DNA of 64,000 nucleotides from an uncultured Fibrobacteraceae bacterium (GCA_964461255.1 CAYWTR010000006.1:17287-81286), one strand, 5' to 3'; numbered from the stretch's first letter, positions 36,100 through 46,430 are shown. Notes: generated by a model from the sequence alone, not told the origin. Numbers and translations: made by a program.

Positions 36100-37269
36100 A
36101 TGCCCGGTCTGCACTACCTGGACAACGCCGCCACCACCTTCCCCAAGCCGGACAGCGTGCTCGAGGCGATGACCTCGTTCTACCAGCGTTGCGGCGTCAA
36201 TCCCGGCCGCTCCGGCTACGACCTGGCGGTCGAGGCGGGCCTGATGGTCGACCGGGCCCGGCGCGTTCTGGACCGCTTCTTCAACAACCCCGCCCGTGAT
36301 TACAATCGGGTGGTGTTCGCCAGCAACGCCTCCGACGCTCTCAATCTGGCCATCCAAGGGCTGCTGCGGCCGGGCGATCACGTCATCTCCACGCAGCTCG
36401 AGCACAATTCGGTGCTCCGCCCCCTCTACGTTCTCGAGCAGAGCGGGATGATCGAAGTCGACCTGGTCCCCTTCGACGGTCGCGGGTTCGTCGATCCCGA
36501 CGAGATCCGGCGCCGGCTGCGTCCCCACACGCGGCTGGCGCTCGTCAATCACGGCTCCAATGTCATCGGCACGATCCAGCCCGTGGCGGAGATCGGGCGG
36601 TTGTGCCGCGAGCACGGAGTGCTGCTCTGCATCGATGCCGCACAGACCGCCGGCATGGTGCCCATCGACATGGCGGCGATGGAGATCGATGTCGTGGCCT
36701 TCACCGGCCACAAGTCCCTGCTGGGGCCGACCGGCATCGGCGGGCTGGCGATCGGCCCCGACGTGCCGATCCGCAGCACCCGCTGGGGCGGCACGGGAGT
36801 GAAATCGGCCGTGCGCACGCACCTGGACGAATTCCCCTACCGCTGCGAGGTGGGCACGCTCAACACGATCGGCATCGCGGGGCTGCTGGCCGGACAGGAG
36901 CACCTGGAATCGGTGGGCCTGGAGTCGATCCGCCGGCACGAGATGGCGCTGGCGGCGCGGCTGGTCGAGGGGTTGACGGCGCTGGAAGGCGTCACCACGT
37001 ACTGCGCCGGCGCGGGCGACCGGCACATGCCCGTCGTCGCCTGCAACGTGGCAGGATTGCCCGCGGGCGAGGTCGGCACGATCCTCGACGCCGACTTCGA
37101 CGTGGCGGTGCGCACCGGCCTGCATTGCGCCCCCCTCGTGCACGAGGGCATCGGCACCGCGCCCGAGGGCGCGGTGCGTTTCAGCCTCGGCCCCTTCACG
37201 CAGGACGAAGACGTGACGGCCGCCCTGGAAGCGATGCAACAGATCGTCCGCCATTACGTGCGGGCCTGA
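36100..37269 (+). CDS. class-V aminotransferase / cysteine-desulfurase family protein
   Basis: ATG 36100 with AAGGAGAGG SD. ...YLDNAATTFPKP... N-terminus, PLP-lysine region ...DVVAFTGHKSLLGPTGIGGLAI..., C-terminal ...RTGLHCAPLVHE... Confidence 0.85.
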   Translation: MPGLHYLDNAATTFPKPDSVLEAMTSFYQRCGVNPGRSGYDLAVEAGLMVDRARRVLDRFFNNPARDYNRVVFASNASDALNLAIQGLLRPGDHVISTQLEHNSVLRPLYVLEQSGMIEVDLVPFDGRGFVDPDEIRRRLRPHTRLALVNHGSNVIGTIQPVAEIGRLCREHGVLLCIDAAQTAGMVPIDMAAMEIDVVAFTGHKSLLGPTGIGGLAIGPDVPIRSTRWGGTGVKSAVRTHLDEFPYRCEVGTLNTIGIAGLLAGQEHLESVGLESIRRHEMALAARLVEGLTALEGVTTYCAGAGDRHMPVVACNVAGLPAGEVGTILDADFDVAVRTGLHCAPLVHEGIGTAPEGAVRFSLGPFTQDEDVTAALEAMQQIVRHYVRA

Positions 37270-37377
37270 GCTCGCGCCCCGCGCCGCCGGCTGTGCGGGG
37301 CGCCGGACACGGCCGCGGGGCAGCGCCGGCGCGCGTCCCTGCGGCGCGATTCGGCAAGGCGCCGGCAGGCGAAGCCG

Positions 37378-38025
37378 TCAGCGCTGGGGCTTGTGCAGCA
37401 CGATCTGCACGAAGCGGTTGCGCGCCCGGCCTTCCGGCGTGGCGTTGGTGTCGAGGGGACGGAACGGTCCGTAGCTGACGGCCGCGAAGCGCGCAGCCTC
37501 CAGCTTTAGCTCGTTGGTCAGGTAGCGAACCACCGCCGTGGCGCGGTATGCGCCCAGCTCCCAGTTGGTCGGCCAGCGTTCCTGGTACTCTTCCTTGATC
37601 TTCTTGTCGTCGGTGTAGCCCTCGACGAACACATCCCATCCGGGCCGCTCGCCGATGGCGTCGGCGATCGCCTTCAAGGTGGCGTGCATCTCGCTGCGGA
37701 CGCGGTCGCTGCCGCTGGCGAACAGCAGCATGTCCGGGATGCGCACCATGACGACCTCGTTGACCCTTTCCACCAGCACCGCCTTGTCGGCCTCGCACCG
37801 CTGCAGATTGGCCTGCAAGTCGTTCTTGAGCTGTTCGCACTCGGCCAGCGTCCGCTCCTGCGCGCTGATCTGCGCCTGCAATCCGGCCAGCTGGGCGTCC
37901 AGCTCGGCGATCCGCGCCTTCTGCTTGCCGCAGGTGCTGCAGCCGGCGGTCAGCAGCAGAGGCACCAGAAGCAAAAGGGCCGCGGCGACTCGCGCGGCGC
38001 GTGGGAACACACGTGAATGCATCAT
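37378..38025 (-). CDS. OmpA-family lipoprotein with coiled-coil linker
   Basis: Start ATG 38025 (MMHSRVF...LLLTAGCS lipobox). Coiled-coil region, then OmpA-C-like peptidoglycan-binding domain (...FASGSDRVRSEMHATLKAIADAI...VFVEGYTDD...LGAYRATAVVRYL...). Confidence 0.75.
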   Translation of the reverse strand: MMHSRVFPRAARVAAALLLLVPLLLTAGCSTCGKQKARIAELDAQLAGLQAQISAQERTLAECEQLKNDLQANLQRCEADKAVLVERVNEVVMVRIPDMLLFASGSDRVRSEMHATLKAIADAIGERPGWDVFVEGYTDDKKIKEEYQERWPTNWELGAYRATAVVRYLTNELKLEAARFAAVSYGPFRPLDTNATPEGRARNRFVQIVLHKPQR

Positions 38026-38137
38026 GGCTTGCCTTTCCTTTCCGCGCCGGCATGGAAACGCGACACCAATCGGCCTCATCCACGCCGCCGCTCGACATTA
38101 TTGAACCACATCCCCTGCCATTATTCCACCCCCGGCT

Positions 38138-40390
38138 TCAGCCGGCGGCTCCCTCGTCCGGCTGGTCGGGGATGCGGTACTCGTTGACCACCGCCGCCGC
38201 GATCGAGGCCGTGTAGGAGGCGATGCGGCGCAGATCGCTGATCAGGTGGATGTGGATCGGGCTCGTGGCCTCGGTCTCGGGGATGCCCTGCCCCAGGCGG
38301 TCGAGATGTTCGAAGTGCAGCGCGCGCGCTCGGCGCACCATCGGCGCCTTCGTCTGCACGACCTCGCGCGCCAGCGTTTGGTCGTTGGTCGCCAGCGCCA
38401 GCAGCGCCTTCTCCAGCATGGTGATGACGTCCTCGTAATAGGCGGTCCACTGCGCCATGCCTTCGCGCGAGAAGCGCAGATCGTCGCGCATCATCTTGCC
38501 GGCCAGGGTCATCAGGTTCTTGCTCACCAGGTCGCCGATGGTCTCGAAGTGATGCACCAGGTAGAGATATGACGCCGTGCGGGCCGCCTGCTGCTCGCCC
38601 AGCTCGCGGCGCGACAGACGGGTCAGGTAGTGCCGCAGCGCGTCGTCGAGCGCGTCGACCTTGTCGTCCAGCGCGACCACGGCCCTCATCCTCGCCTCGT
38701 CGCGGTCGCGGATCACGGCCATGCCGTCGCGCAGCATCGCCAGGGTCGTCTCCCCCATGCGCAGGATCTCGCGGCTAACCTGCGCCAGCGCAAGCGCCGG
38801 CACCTCCAGCATGCGCGTCTCGATGTACTTGGGCGACCAGGTCCGCTCGCGCTCCTCGAGCCGCTGCGGCAGCAGGCGGCGCAGCAGCCGCTCGGCGACC
38901 GGCAGCAGCGGCAGGAACAGCAGCGCCGCGGCCACGTTGAACAGGGTGTGCGCGTTGGCGATCTGGCGCGGCAGGTCGGGCGTGGTGCGACGCACCAGCT
39001 CGGCGAACGGCGCGCTCAGGGGCAGGCAGATCGCCACCGCCGCGACCTTGAAGAAGATGTGCGCGTAGGCCACGCGCACCGCCTCCCGGCGGGTGCCCAG
39101 GGCCGCCAGGCAGGCGGTCACGCAGGTGCCGATGTTGGCCCCCAGGATCACCGGAATGGCCGTCGTCAGATCGATCAGTCCCTGGAAGGAAAGGGTCAGG
39201 GCCAGGCCGATGGTGGCGGCGCTGCTCTGGATCAGGCCGGTGAACAGGGTGGCGGCCAGCAGCACCAACAGCGGCCGCTCGGCGCTGCCCAGCAGCAGCT
39301 GCCGGAAGAACGGATGGTCGCGCAGCGGGTCGACGGCCTGGCTCATCAGGGACATCCCGTAGAAGATCAGGCCGAATCCCAGCAAGAACTGCCCGGACGA
39401 GCGGTAGCGCCGCGCCGGCAGCGCCGACAGCACGAAACCGGCGAAGACGACCAGCAGCGAGTATTCCTTGAGGGGAAACGCGATCAACTGCACCGTCAGC
39501 GTGGTGCCGATGTCGGCGCCCAGGATGATGGCCAGAGTCTGGCCGAGCTGCATCAGGCCGGCGTTGGTGAACGAGACGATCATGACCGTCGTCGCGCTGC
39601 TGCTCTGCAGCAGAACGGTCACGGCCATCCCGGTCAGCAGGCCCAAGGGACGGCTGTCCCCCACGCGCCCCAGGATATGGCGCAGGCGGTGCCCCGCCAC
39701 CTGCTCCAGGCCCGTGCTGGTCATGCGCATGCCGACCAGGAAGAGCGCCAGCCCGCCCAGCAAGCCCGTCCAGAGCAGCAGGGCCCAGCGGGGATCGATG
39801 ACCCGCGCCAGGAAGACCGTCCCCTCGCCCTCGCCCGCCGCGGGCAACGCCTTGATCTGCACAGTCCCAATCCGCCGGCCCGGATAGAAGTAGGCGCCGG
39901 CGTATCCCTGCACGTCGCTGCGCACGGTCAGCGACGTCGAGGTGGCGCTGAGCGGACACGCCGGCGCGCGCTTCTGGTAGCGCGGCAGGCCGGAGGCGAC
40001 GGGCTCCAGAGGATGCAGCCCACCGTTGTGGTAGGAGACGCCCCGCTCGTCGTAGCCGGGTTCGACCAGGAGCACGATGTCGGCTCCGGCGATCGGCGCC
40101 CCCCGTTCGTCGAGCACCTGCACCAGCAGCGGCTGGGCTCCGGCGCTGAGGGGCCGCAGCGCTTGCCCATGCCCGGAGATGTCGCGACCGAGGGTGTCGG
40201 TGGCGCGGATGATGCGCAGCGCGGGATCCTCGCCCGCCGCGCCGGCCGGCGCCGGCGCGGCAGTCGCCCAGCAGGCGGCCAGCGCCAGCGCGAGGCGGAA
40301 GGCGGCCCTGCGTCCGCCGGCGCCGCGCGCGGAACGGCGAGGGACGATCCGTAGCCAGGAGGTAAGACAAGGCGGTTTCGGCACAATCAT
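38138..40390 (-). CDS. Na+/phosphate cotransporter (NptA type II-related) with PhoU-like C-terminal domain and ~180-aa N-terminal periplasmic extension
   Basis: Two Na_Pi_cotrans repeats (...LLQSSSATTVMIVSF... and ...LIQSSAATIGLALTL...), C-terminal PhoU-like helices. The N-terminal extension carries a signal peptide and a beta-rich region. Confidence 0.7.
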   Translation of the reverse strand: MIVPKPPCLTSWLRIVPRRSARGAGGRRAAFRLALALAACWATAAPAPAGAAGEDPALRIIRATDTLGRDISGHGQALRPLSAGAQPLLVQVLDERGAPIAGADIVLLVEPGYDERGVSYHNGGLHPLEPVASGLPRYQKRAPACPLSATSTSLTVRSDVQGYAGAYFYPGRRIGTVQIKALPAAGEGEGTVFLARVIDPRWALLLWTGLLGGLALFLVGMRMTSTGLEQVAGHRLRHILGRVGDSRPLGLLTGMAVTVLLQSSSATTVMIVSFTNAGLMQLGQTLAIILGADIGTTLTVQLIAFPLKEYSLLVVFAGFVLSALPARRYRSSGQFLLGFGLIFYGMSLMSQAVDPLRDHPFFRQLLLGSAERPLLVLLAATLFTGLIQSSAATIGLALTLSFQGLIDLTTAIPVILGANIGTCVTACLAALGTRREAVRVAYAHIFFKVAAVAICLPLSAPFAELVRRTTPDLPRQIANAHTLFNVAAALLFLPLLPVAERLLRRLLPQRLEERERTWSPKYIETRMLEVPALALAQVSREILRMGETTLAMLRDGMAVIRDRDEARMRAVVALDDKVDALDDALRHYLTRLSRRELGEQQAARTASYLYLVHHFETIGDLVSKNLMTLAGKMMRDDLRFSREGMAQWTAYYEDVITMLEKALLALATNDQTLAREVVQTKAPMVRRARALHFEHLDRLGQGIPETEATSPIHIHLISDLRRIASYTASIAAAVVNEYRIPDQPDEGAAG

Positions 40391-40539
40391 TGCGAATGTT
40401 CCCGCCGCGGCCGCCGCGGCCGCAGCGGCAGGGCAAATTGCCTCGGCGCGTCCTCACGGGGTGCCGGGACGGCGTAACCCGCAACCCTTTGATCATCGCG
40501 CGCCGCAGGCAGACAATCAACACAGGATCGGGCCGCCAG

Positions 40540-42597
40540 GTGTCAAGCAAGGATAGGCAAAATCTTCCCCCCCGCGCGCTCGTGGCGCTGGCGTTGCTGT
40601 GCACGCTGGCCGCGCCCGTGGCCGCCGGGCGGGCGCAGATGTGGGAAGCGCCCCTGGACACCCTGGAGATGGCGGAAACCCCGCCCGCCTGGATCCCGCA
40701 GGACTTGCAGATCTCGCGCAAGGTGCTGCCGGTGGTGTCGGCGACGACCCTGCCGGCCGCCGCCGCGCCTGCGCGCCCGCCCCGGCTGGACGATCCCCTG
40801 GGCGCGGCGCAGCAATTCCACCTGGCGCGCCGGTCCCTGGCCGCCGGCGCAGGCGATGCCGCGCTGGCGCAGGTGCGCGAGGCGGTGCGTCGAGATCCGG
40901 GAGAGGCGGCCTACGCCTGGTGGCTGGCCTGGCGGGCGCTGCGCGCGTGGGATCTGGAATTCATCGAGGCCGTGCCGCGCGCGGTGCGCGCCACCCACGC
41001 CGACCTGACCACCTGGAAGCGGCTGCAGCTGCTGGGCCATCAGGCGAGCTTGCTCTGGCTGGCCCTCTTCTGGACCCTGGTGACCGCCGCCTACCTGTTC
41101 CGCTTCGGCGGGCACCTGAAACACGACCTGAGCGCGCTGTTGTTGCGCAGTCCGCGGCACTCGCCTCGGCGCTGGACGCTGCCGGCGCTGCTGGCGGCGC
41201 TGCTGCTGTTGCGCCCCGGCTGGCTGGCGCTGCTGGCGACGATCTCCATCCCCCTGCTGCTGTACGCCCGCCCGCGGGCGCGTCTGCTGCTCAGCGGCGT
41301 CTGGCTGGCGACCGCCGCTGCGCTGCTGCCCGTCTGGCCCGCCCTGCGCACGGCCCTGCCCGCGGTCGATCCCGCGAGCGAGACCGTCCTGCTGCTGCGC
41401 GCCGATGTCCAGCCGCCCACCGCGGCCACCATCCGCGCTCTCGAACAGCGCCTGGCCGAGGCCGGCGACGACCCGGCGCGCACCGCGCGGCTGCGCCTGG
41501 CGCTCGGCATCCAGGCCACCCGCGCGGGGGATTACGACGCCGGCCGCCGGCTCTTCACGGCCATCCTGGCCCAGGGCCGCGGCAACGTGGCGGCGCTGGT
41601 CAACCTGGCCAACAACGAGTACTACCTGGGCCGGTACGACGTCGCCGTCGAGGGCTATCGCGAGGCCTCCCGCCTGGCTCCCGAGTCGGGCGCGATCCAG
41701 CACAACCTAGCGCAGGCCTACAACAAGAAGTTGTTCTTCAAGGAATCGACCGAGGCGCTGGCACGCGCGGCGCAGCTGGGCTTCGCGGCTCCCGCCTGGG
41801 ATGACGCCACGGGCGAGGCCAACGGCTTCGCCCCCGTCGTCTACCTGAGCCACGACCGCGGCGACCTCGAGGCCTGCGCGCGGGCGGAGGCCGCCCGCTA
41901 CCCGGCCCTGGCACATGTGGCCGCCTGGACGCCCTGGCTGGGAGAGCGGTTCTCGTGGCTCTGGCTGCAGCTGTTGCTGCTCTGGGCTCTGGCCGTGGCC
42001 GCCATCCTGCGCCTGCCCGCGGCGCGCCGCAGCCGCGTCTGCACCAATTGCAGCACGGTGATCTGCGGCGTCTGCGGCCATGCCCGCGGCGACGACGAAC
42101 TGTGCGACGCCTGCAACGGCACGGCGGCGCGCGCCCGCAGCGAGTTGGTGCTGGCGACGCTGCTCAAGAACCGCAGCCGCGATCAGGAGCTGGCCTTCAT
42201 CGCCCGCGCCCGCCGGTTCAACCGCCTGCTGCCGGGCGCCAGCAACCTGATCGCCGGCAAGCCGCTGCTGGGCCTGGCCCGCCTGACCCTGCTGGCGACC
42301 GCCTGGGCGCTCATCGCCTTCGGCTGGGCGTTCAACCTGATGTCGGCCTGGGACCTGCCGGGTCTGCTGCTGCCGGAAGAGACCGTCTCGCCGCTGCTGC
42401 TGCCCTTGCCGATCCACGCCTGGTCCGGGCCGACCGGCTGGTCGCTGGTGGCGGGCGCCGTGCTGCTGGGCTTGCTCTATCTGACCACGTACGCCGGCCA
42501 CGAGAGCTTCCGCCGCGGCCGCTCGGCGGGCCAGCCGCGCGCCATGTACCGCGTCGAGGAACAACAGGCGCGCCGGGAGGCGGGCGGCTTCCGCTAG
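40540..42597 (+). CDS. TPR-repeat polytopic membrane protein with embedded Cys4 zinc ribbon (hypothetical)
   Basis: Start set to an in-frame GTG at 40540 (signal LPPRALVALALLCTLAAPVAAG). The upstream ATG at 40390 would abut the divergent gene. TPR-like helices (...NLANNEYYLGRYDVAVEGYREASRLAP...), CTNCSTVICGVCGH...CDACNG, and several TM segments. Confidence 0.45.
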   Translation: MSSKDRQNLPPRALVALALLCTLAAPVAAGRAQMWEAPLDTLEMAETPPAWIPQDLQISRKVLPVVSATTLPAAAAPARPPRLDDPLGAAQQFHLARRSLAAGAGDAALAQVREAVRRDPGEAAYAWWLAWRALRAWDLEFIEAVPRAVRATHADLTTWKRLQLLGHQASLLWLALFWTLVTAAYLFRFGGHLKHDLSALLLRSPRHSPRRWTLPALLAALLLLRPGWLALLATISIPLLLYARPRARLLLSGVWLATAAALLPVWPALRTALPAVDPASETVLLLRADVQPPTAATIRALEQRLAEAGDDPARTARLRLALGIQATRAGDYDAGRRLFTAILAQGRGNVAALVNLANNEYYLGRYDVAVEGYREASRLAPESGAIQHNLAQAYNKKLFFKESTEALARAAQLGFAAPAWDDATGEANGFAPVVYLSHDRGDLEACARAEAARYPALAHVAAWTPWLGERFSWLWLQLLLLWALAVAAILRLPAARRSRVCTNCSTVICGVCGHARGDDELCDACNGTAARARSELVLATLLKNRSRDQELAFIARARRFNRLLPGASNLIAGKPLLGLARLTLLATAWALIAFGWAFNLMSAWDLPGLLLPEETVSPLLLPLPIHAWSGPTGWSLVAGAVLLGLLYLTTYAGHESFRRGRSAGQPRAMYRVEEQQARREAGGFR

Positions 42598-42642
42598 CCC
42601 CGCGTCGCGCGCGGGCCGGCGGGAAGCGGCAAGGAGACACGC

Positions 42643-43806
42643 ATGGCGCTGGAAGGACAGCTCAGCGATTTCCGTCTGGAGGAGATCCTCCAGCTCATCT
42701 CCGTGCAGCAGAAATCCGGCTTCCTGGTGCTCAACCTGGACCAGGAGATGGTCTTCTATTTCGACCGCGGCGTCCTGATCTCCACGCGCGACCGCCGCCA
42801 CCCCGGCAACGATCCCCTCGAACGCTACCTGCGCCGCTACGGCTTTCTCAACGCCGAGCAGTGGGCGCATGTGGATTACGTGCTCGCGCATTCCTCGTTG
42901 GACCTGGCCGAGGTTCTGGTCTCGGAGCACCTGCTCGACGAGCGCGCGCTCACCGGCGTGCTGCAGGCCGTCGCGCAGGAGATGATCCACGAGGGGATGA
43001 AGCTCAAGCGCGGCACGTACCACTTCACGGCCACGCACGATGTCAACGCCGGCATCCGCGGCCGCGTCGCGCTCGACATCCAGGGCTTGTTGATGGAGGG
43101 AGCGCGCCGCCAGGACGAGGAACCGCGCCTGCTCGAGCGCTTCCCCTCGCCCAGTCAGAGCTTCGCGCCCGGCGCCAAGCCGCCGCGCGCCGGCGAAGTC
43201 GGCGAGACGGGCGCCCGCGTGCTCAAGCTGGCGCTGGCGGGCGAGACGCTGGACCAGATCATCGCCAAGGCGCAGGCCAGCGCCTTCACCGTGCGCGAGC
43301 TGTTGGCCGGTTTCTGCGACGCCGGCGCGTTGGCGCCGGTGGCCGAGCAGCCGGCGGCCGTGATTCCGCTGCCGCTCGGCGGCGAGACGCAGGCCAGGCG
43401 CCGCTGCCTGGATCTGCGCCGCCCGGTGCTGACGGCGGCGCTGGCGCTCTCGCTGCTGGGCGTGGGCGCGGCCCGCTGGCGCATGCTGCCGCCGGGGCCG
43501 CTGCCGCTCGCGCCGGCGGACGCGGACAGCGTGGCGGGCGCAGGATTGCTTGGAGACGTCCAGCCGCCCTCCGCGTCCCTCGACCAGGCGGCGGTCACTC
43601 CCGAGCAGCTGAGGCTCAACCAGCTGCACGCCGACGTCGAGCAGGCGATCCGCCTCTTCCGGTACCAGCACGGCAAGTACCCCGCCGAACTTTCCTTGCT
43701 GGTCAAGGCCGGCTTCCTGCCCGCGTCCAGGGTCGCCATCCTCGAAGCGCGCGGCTGGCGCTACGCGCTGCGCGACCAGGGCCGCGCCTTCCTCCTCGAG
43801 CCCTGA
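42643..43806 (+). CDS. DUF4388 (PATAN-like) domain protein
   Basis: N-terminus MALEGQLSDFRLEEILQLISVQQKSGFLVL matches the DUF4388 hallmark (G-L-x-D-F-x-L-x-E-I-L-Q-L). Followed by Ala/Pro-rich region and TM segment. Confidence 0.6.
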   Translation: MALEGQLSDFRLEEILQLISVQQKSGFLVLNLDQEMVFYFDRGVLISTRDRRHPGNDPLERYLRRYGFLNAEQWAHVDYVLAHSSLDLAEVLVSEHLLDERALTGVLQAVAQEMIHEGMKLKRGTYHFTATHDVNAGIRGRVALDIQGLLMEGARRQDEEPRLLERFPSPSQSFAPGAKPPRAGEVGETGARVLKLALAGETLDQIIAKAQASAFTVRELLAGFCDAGALAPVAEQPAAVIPLPLGGETQARRRCLDLRRPVLTAALALSLLGVGAARWRMLPPGPLPLAPADADSVAGAGLLGDVQPPSASLDQAAVTPEQLRLNQLHADVEQAIRLFRYQHGKYPAELSLLVKAGFLPASRVAILEARGWRYALRDQGRAFLLEP

Positions 43807-43932
43807 GCCGCCTGCCCGCGCCCCGGCCGCGCCCCGCACTTGATCTCCCACGGCCGCGTCTTACCATTGCCGGCCGGGCCAGGCGGCGATCCGGCGCCCG
43901 GCCCCGCCACCGCCGCCGAACGGAGAACAGCG

Positions 43933-45156
43933 ATGTCCTCGCCCCCGCCCCGACCCTCCCCCCGCGTCGCTCCCGCGGCGCGCGTGCGACATCTGCCGCC
44001 TTACGTCTTCGCGCGCGTCTTCGCCATGCGCGACGCCGCCGTGGCGCAAGGGCGGCGCGTCTTCGATCTGGGCGTCGGCAATCCCGACGGTCTGCCGCCC
44101 GCCCACGTCGTCGAGGCGCTGGTCGCGGCCGTGCGCGCGCCGGGCGCCGCGGTCCACCGCTACGCCTCCTTCACGGGCTGGCCCGCCCTGCGGCGCTCCA
44201 TCGCCGCCTGGTACGCGCGGCGCTTCGGCGTCGCTCTGGACCCCGACCAGCAGACCCTGCCGCTGATCGGCTCGAAGGAGGGCCTGGCCAACCTGATGCG
44301 TGCCTATCTGGAGCCGGGCGACGTCGTCATCATCCCCAGCCCCTGCTACCCCGCGTACTTCGGCGCCGCGCGGTTGTGCGAGGCGGACATCCACGAACTC
44401 CAGCTGCCGGCGGACCGCGGCTACCTTCCCGACCTCAGCGCCATCCCCGCCGCCATCGCCGCGCGCGCCAAGCTCCTGCTCTTGAATTACCCCAACAACC
44501 CGACCGGTGGCGTCTGCACGATCGACTTCTTCGCCGCCGCGCTGGACTTCTGCGACCGCCATGGCATCCTGCTGGTGTCGGATCTGGCGTACAGCGAGCT
44601 GAGCCTGGAGCCCGAGTACGCGCCGCCGAGCGCGCTGCAGATTCCCGGCGCCGCGGCACGCGCCATCGAATTCCAATCGCTTTCGAAGAGCCACAACATG
44701 GCCGGCTGGCGGGTGGGCTTCGCCGCGGGCTGCCCCGACGCGCTCGCCGCCCTGGCCAAACTCAAGAGCAACGTCGATTTCTCGCTCTTCGGCGCCATCC
44801 AGCACGCCGCCTGCGCCGCCCTGGACGGGCCGCAGGATGTTTGCACAGAGAACGCCGCGCGATACCGCCGCCGGCGCGACCTGCTGCTGGCCGCCTGGGG
44901 CGATCTCGGCTGGCGGCTGCCCGCGCCGCGCGCCACGATGTACATCTGGGGGCGCATACCGCGCGCCTACGGCGACGATGACGAGACGTTCGTGGCCGAC
45001 CTGCTGGCCAAGACCGGCGTGCTCTTGTCGCCCGGCTCGGCCTTCGGCAGCCACGGCCGCGGCTGCATCCGCGTATCCCTGGGACTGGAGGAAAGCGAGC
45101 TGCGCGACGCCGTGGCCGCCTGCCACGCGGCCGACATCGACTGGCGCTCGGACTGA
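43933..45156 (+). CDS. class I/II aminotransferase (AspC/LL-DAP aminotransferase-like)
   Basis: ATG 43933 with GGAGAA SD. ...YLPPYVFAR... N-terminus, ...NYPNNPTG..., PLP-lysine ...SLSKSHNMAGWRVGF... Confidence 0.8.
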   Translation: MSSPPPRPSPRVAPAARVRHLPPYVFARVFAMRDAAVAQGRRVFDLGVGNPDGLPPAHVVEALVAAVRAPGAAVHRYASFTGWPALRRSIAAWYARRFGVALDPDQQTLPLIGSKEGLANLMRAYLEPGDVVIIPSPCYPAYFGAARLCEADIHELQLPADRGYLPDLSAIPAAIAARAKLLLLNYPNNPTGGVCTIDFFAAALDFCDRHGILLVSDLAYSELSLEPEYAPPSALQIPGAAARAIEFQSLSKSHNMAGWRVGFAAGCPDALAALAKLKSNVDFSLFGAIQHAACAALDGPQDVCTENAARYRRRRDLLLAAWGDLGWRLPAPRATMYIWGRIPRAYGDDDETFVADLLAKTGVLLSPGSAFGSHGRGCIRVSLGLEESELRDAVAACHAADIDWRSD

Positions 45157-45164
45157 GACGTCCG

Positions 45165-46430
45165 CTACTGCGGGCCGTGGGTGGCGACGATCAGCCGCTC
45201 GGGGTCGAAGTAGGCGCGCGCGCAGCGCATCAGGGCGTCGCCGTCGAGCGAATCGATCTCGTCGACCAGTTCGGCCACCGGGACGAAGCGCCCGTAGTAC
45301 AGCTCGTTCTTGGCGGCGCGCGCCATCAGGTTCGACACCCCCTCCAGCGAGAAGACGATCTGCGACTTGATCTGCGCGCGGTTGCTCTCCAGCTCGGCCT
45401 CGCTCACGCCGTCGTGCAGCAGGCGGGCGTATTCGTCCCGCACCACCGCCTCCAGCCGTTGCGCCTTGCTCGGCGAGCAGGAGCCGGCGCAGCTGACCAG
45501 GCCGGTGTCCCTGCCCATGTCGCTGTAGGTGTAGACCGTGTAGGCCAGGCCCTCCCGCTCGCGCACCGCCTGGAAGATGCGGCTGGACATGCCGCCGCCC
45601 AGGATGTTGGCCAGCAGCACCAGGGGGATGCGGTCGGCATGGCGGTATGAGCAGGCCAGGTTGCCGATCTCGAAGTAGCTCTGGACAAGCGGTCCCTTGA
45701 GATCCAGCCGCAGCGAGCCGCCGTTCCCCCCCGCGCCGGCTGCCGGCGCCTGTGCGACCGTGGTGGCTTCCCCCGCCGGCGGCAGCGTGAAGTGCCGCAG
45801 CACCGCCTCGCGCACGCCGCCGGTCAGGCTGCCGGCGATGGCGATCACGACGTTGGGGCCGGCGCAGAGCCGCCGATGCTCGCGCCGCAGGATGCCGGCG
45901 TCGAGGGCCAGCACCGATTCCCGCGTGCCGAGAATCGGCAGGCCGCGCGGGTGGGCGCCGAACACGCGCGCCGCGAAGGCGTCGTGCAGGTGGTCCTCGG
46001 GCGTGTCGCGCGCCTCCTGTATCTCTTCGCAGACGACCTGCTGCTCGAGGGCGATCGGCTCGGGCTCCAGCGCCGGGCGCAGCAGCATGTCGGCCAGCAG
46101 CTCGGCCGCCGGATCGATGTACTCCGGCAGGACCTTCAACGTGAAGGCGACGTGATCCTTGGTCGTGAAGGCGTCGACGGCGGCTCCGATGGCGTCGAAG
46201 CCGGCCGCCAGCTCGTAGGCCGAGCGCGTGGTCGATCCCTTGAAGACGATGTGCTCGAGAAAATGCGAAAGGCCCCCCAGACCGGGGGGCTCGTCCTGGG
46301 AGCCGCGGCGCAGCCACACTCCCAGTGCCACGGCGTGCGCCGCCGGCACCGGCACCGACAGCAGGACCGCCCCGCCGGCGATCAACTCGCGGCGGGGCGG
46401 CGTTTCCTCACGATAAGGCCCGATGTTCAT
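45165..46430 (-). CDS. M16-family (insulinase/pitrilysin-like) zinc peptidase
   Basis: Inverted zinc-binding motif HFLEHIVFKGS (HxxEH) near the N-terminus. Two-domain M16 architecture. 421 aa. Confidence 0.8.
   Translation of the reverse strand: MNIGPYREETPPRRELIAGGAVLLSVPVPAAHAVALGVWLRRGSQDEPPGLGGLSHFLEHIVFKGSTTRSAYELAAGFDAIGAAVDAFTTKDHVAFTLKVLPEYIDPAAELLADMLLRPALEPEPIALEQQVVCEEIQEARDTPEDHLHDAFAARVFGAHPRGLPILGTRESVLALDAGILRREHRRLCAGPNVVIAIAGSLTGGVREAVLRHFTLPPAGEATTVAQAPAAGAGGNGGSLRLDLKGPLVQSYFEIGNLACSYRHADRIPLVLLANILGGGMSSRIFQAVREREGLAYTVYTYSDMGRDTGLVSCAGSCSPSKAQRLEAVVRDEYARLLHDGVSEAELESNRAQIKSQIVFSLEGVSNLMARAAKNELYYGRFVPVAELVDEIDSLDGDALMRCARAYFDPERLIVATHGPQ

Noticed and set aside
37270-37377. 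Short GC hairpin (gccccgc...gcggggc) between convergent cysteine-desulfurase-like and OmpA-like genes
   Set aside because: Probably a bidirectional terminator. The stem is short and the flanking sequence is not U-rich, so it is left unannotated.
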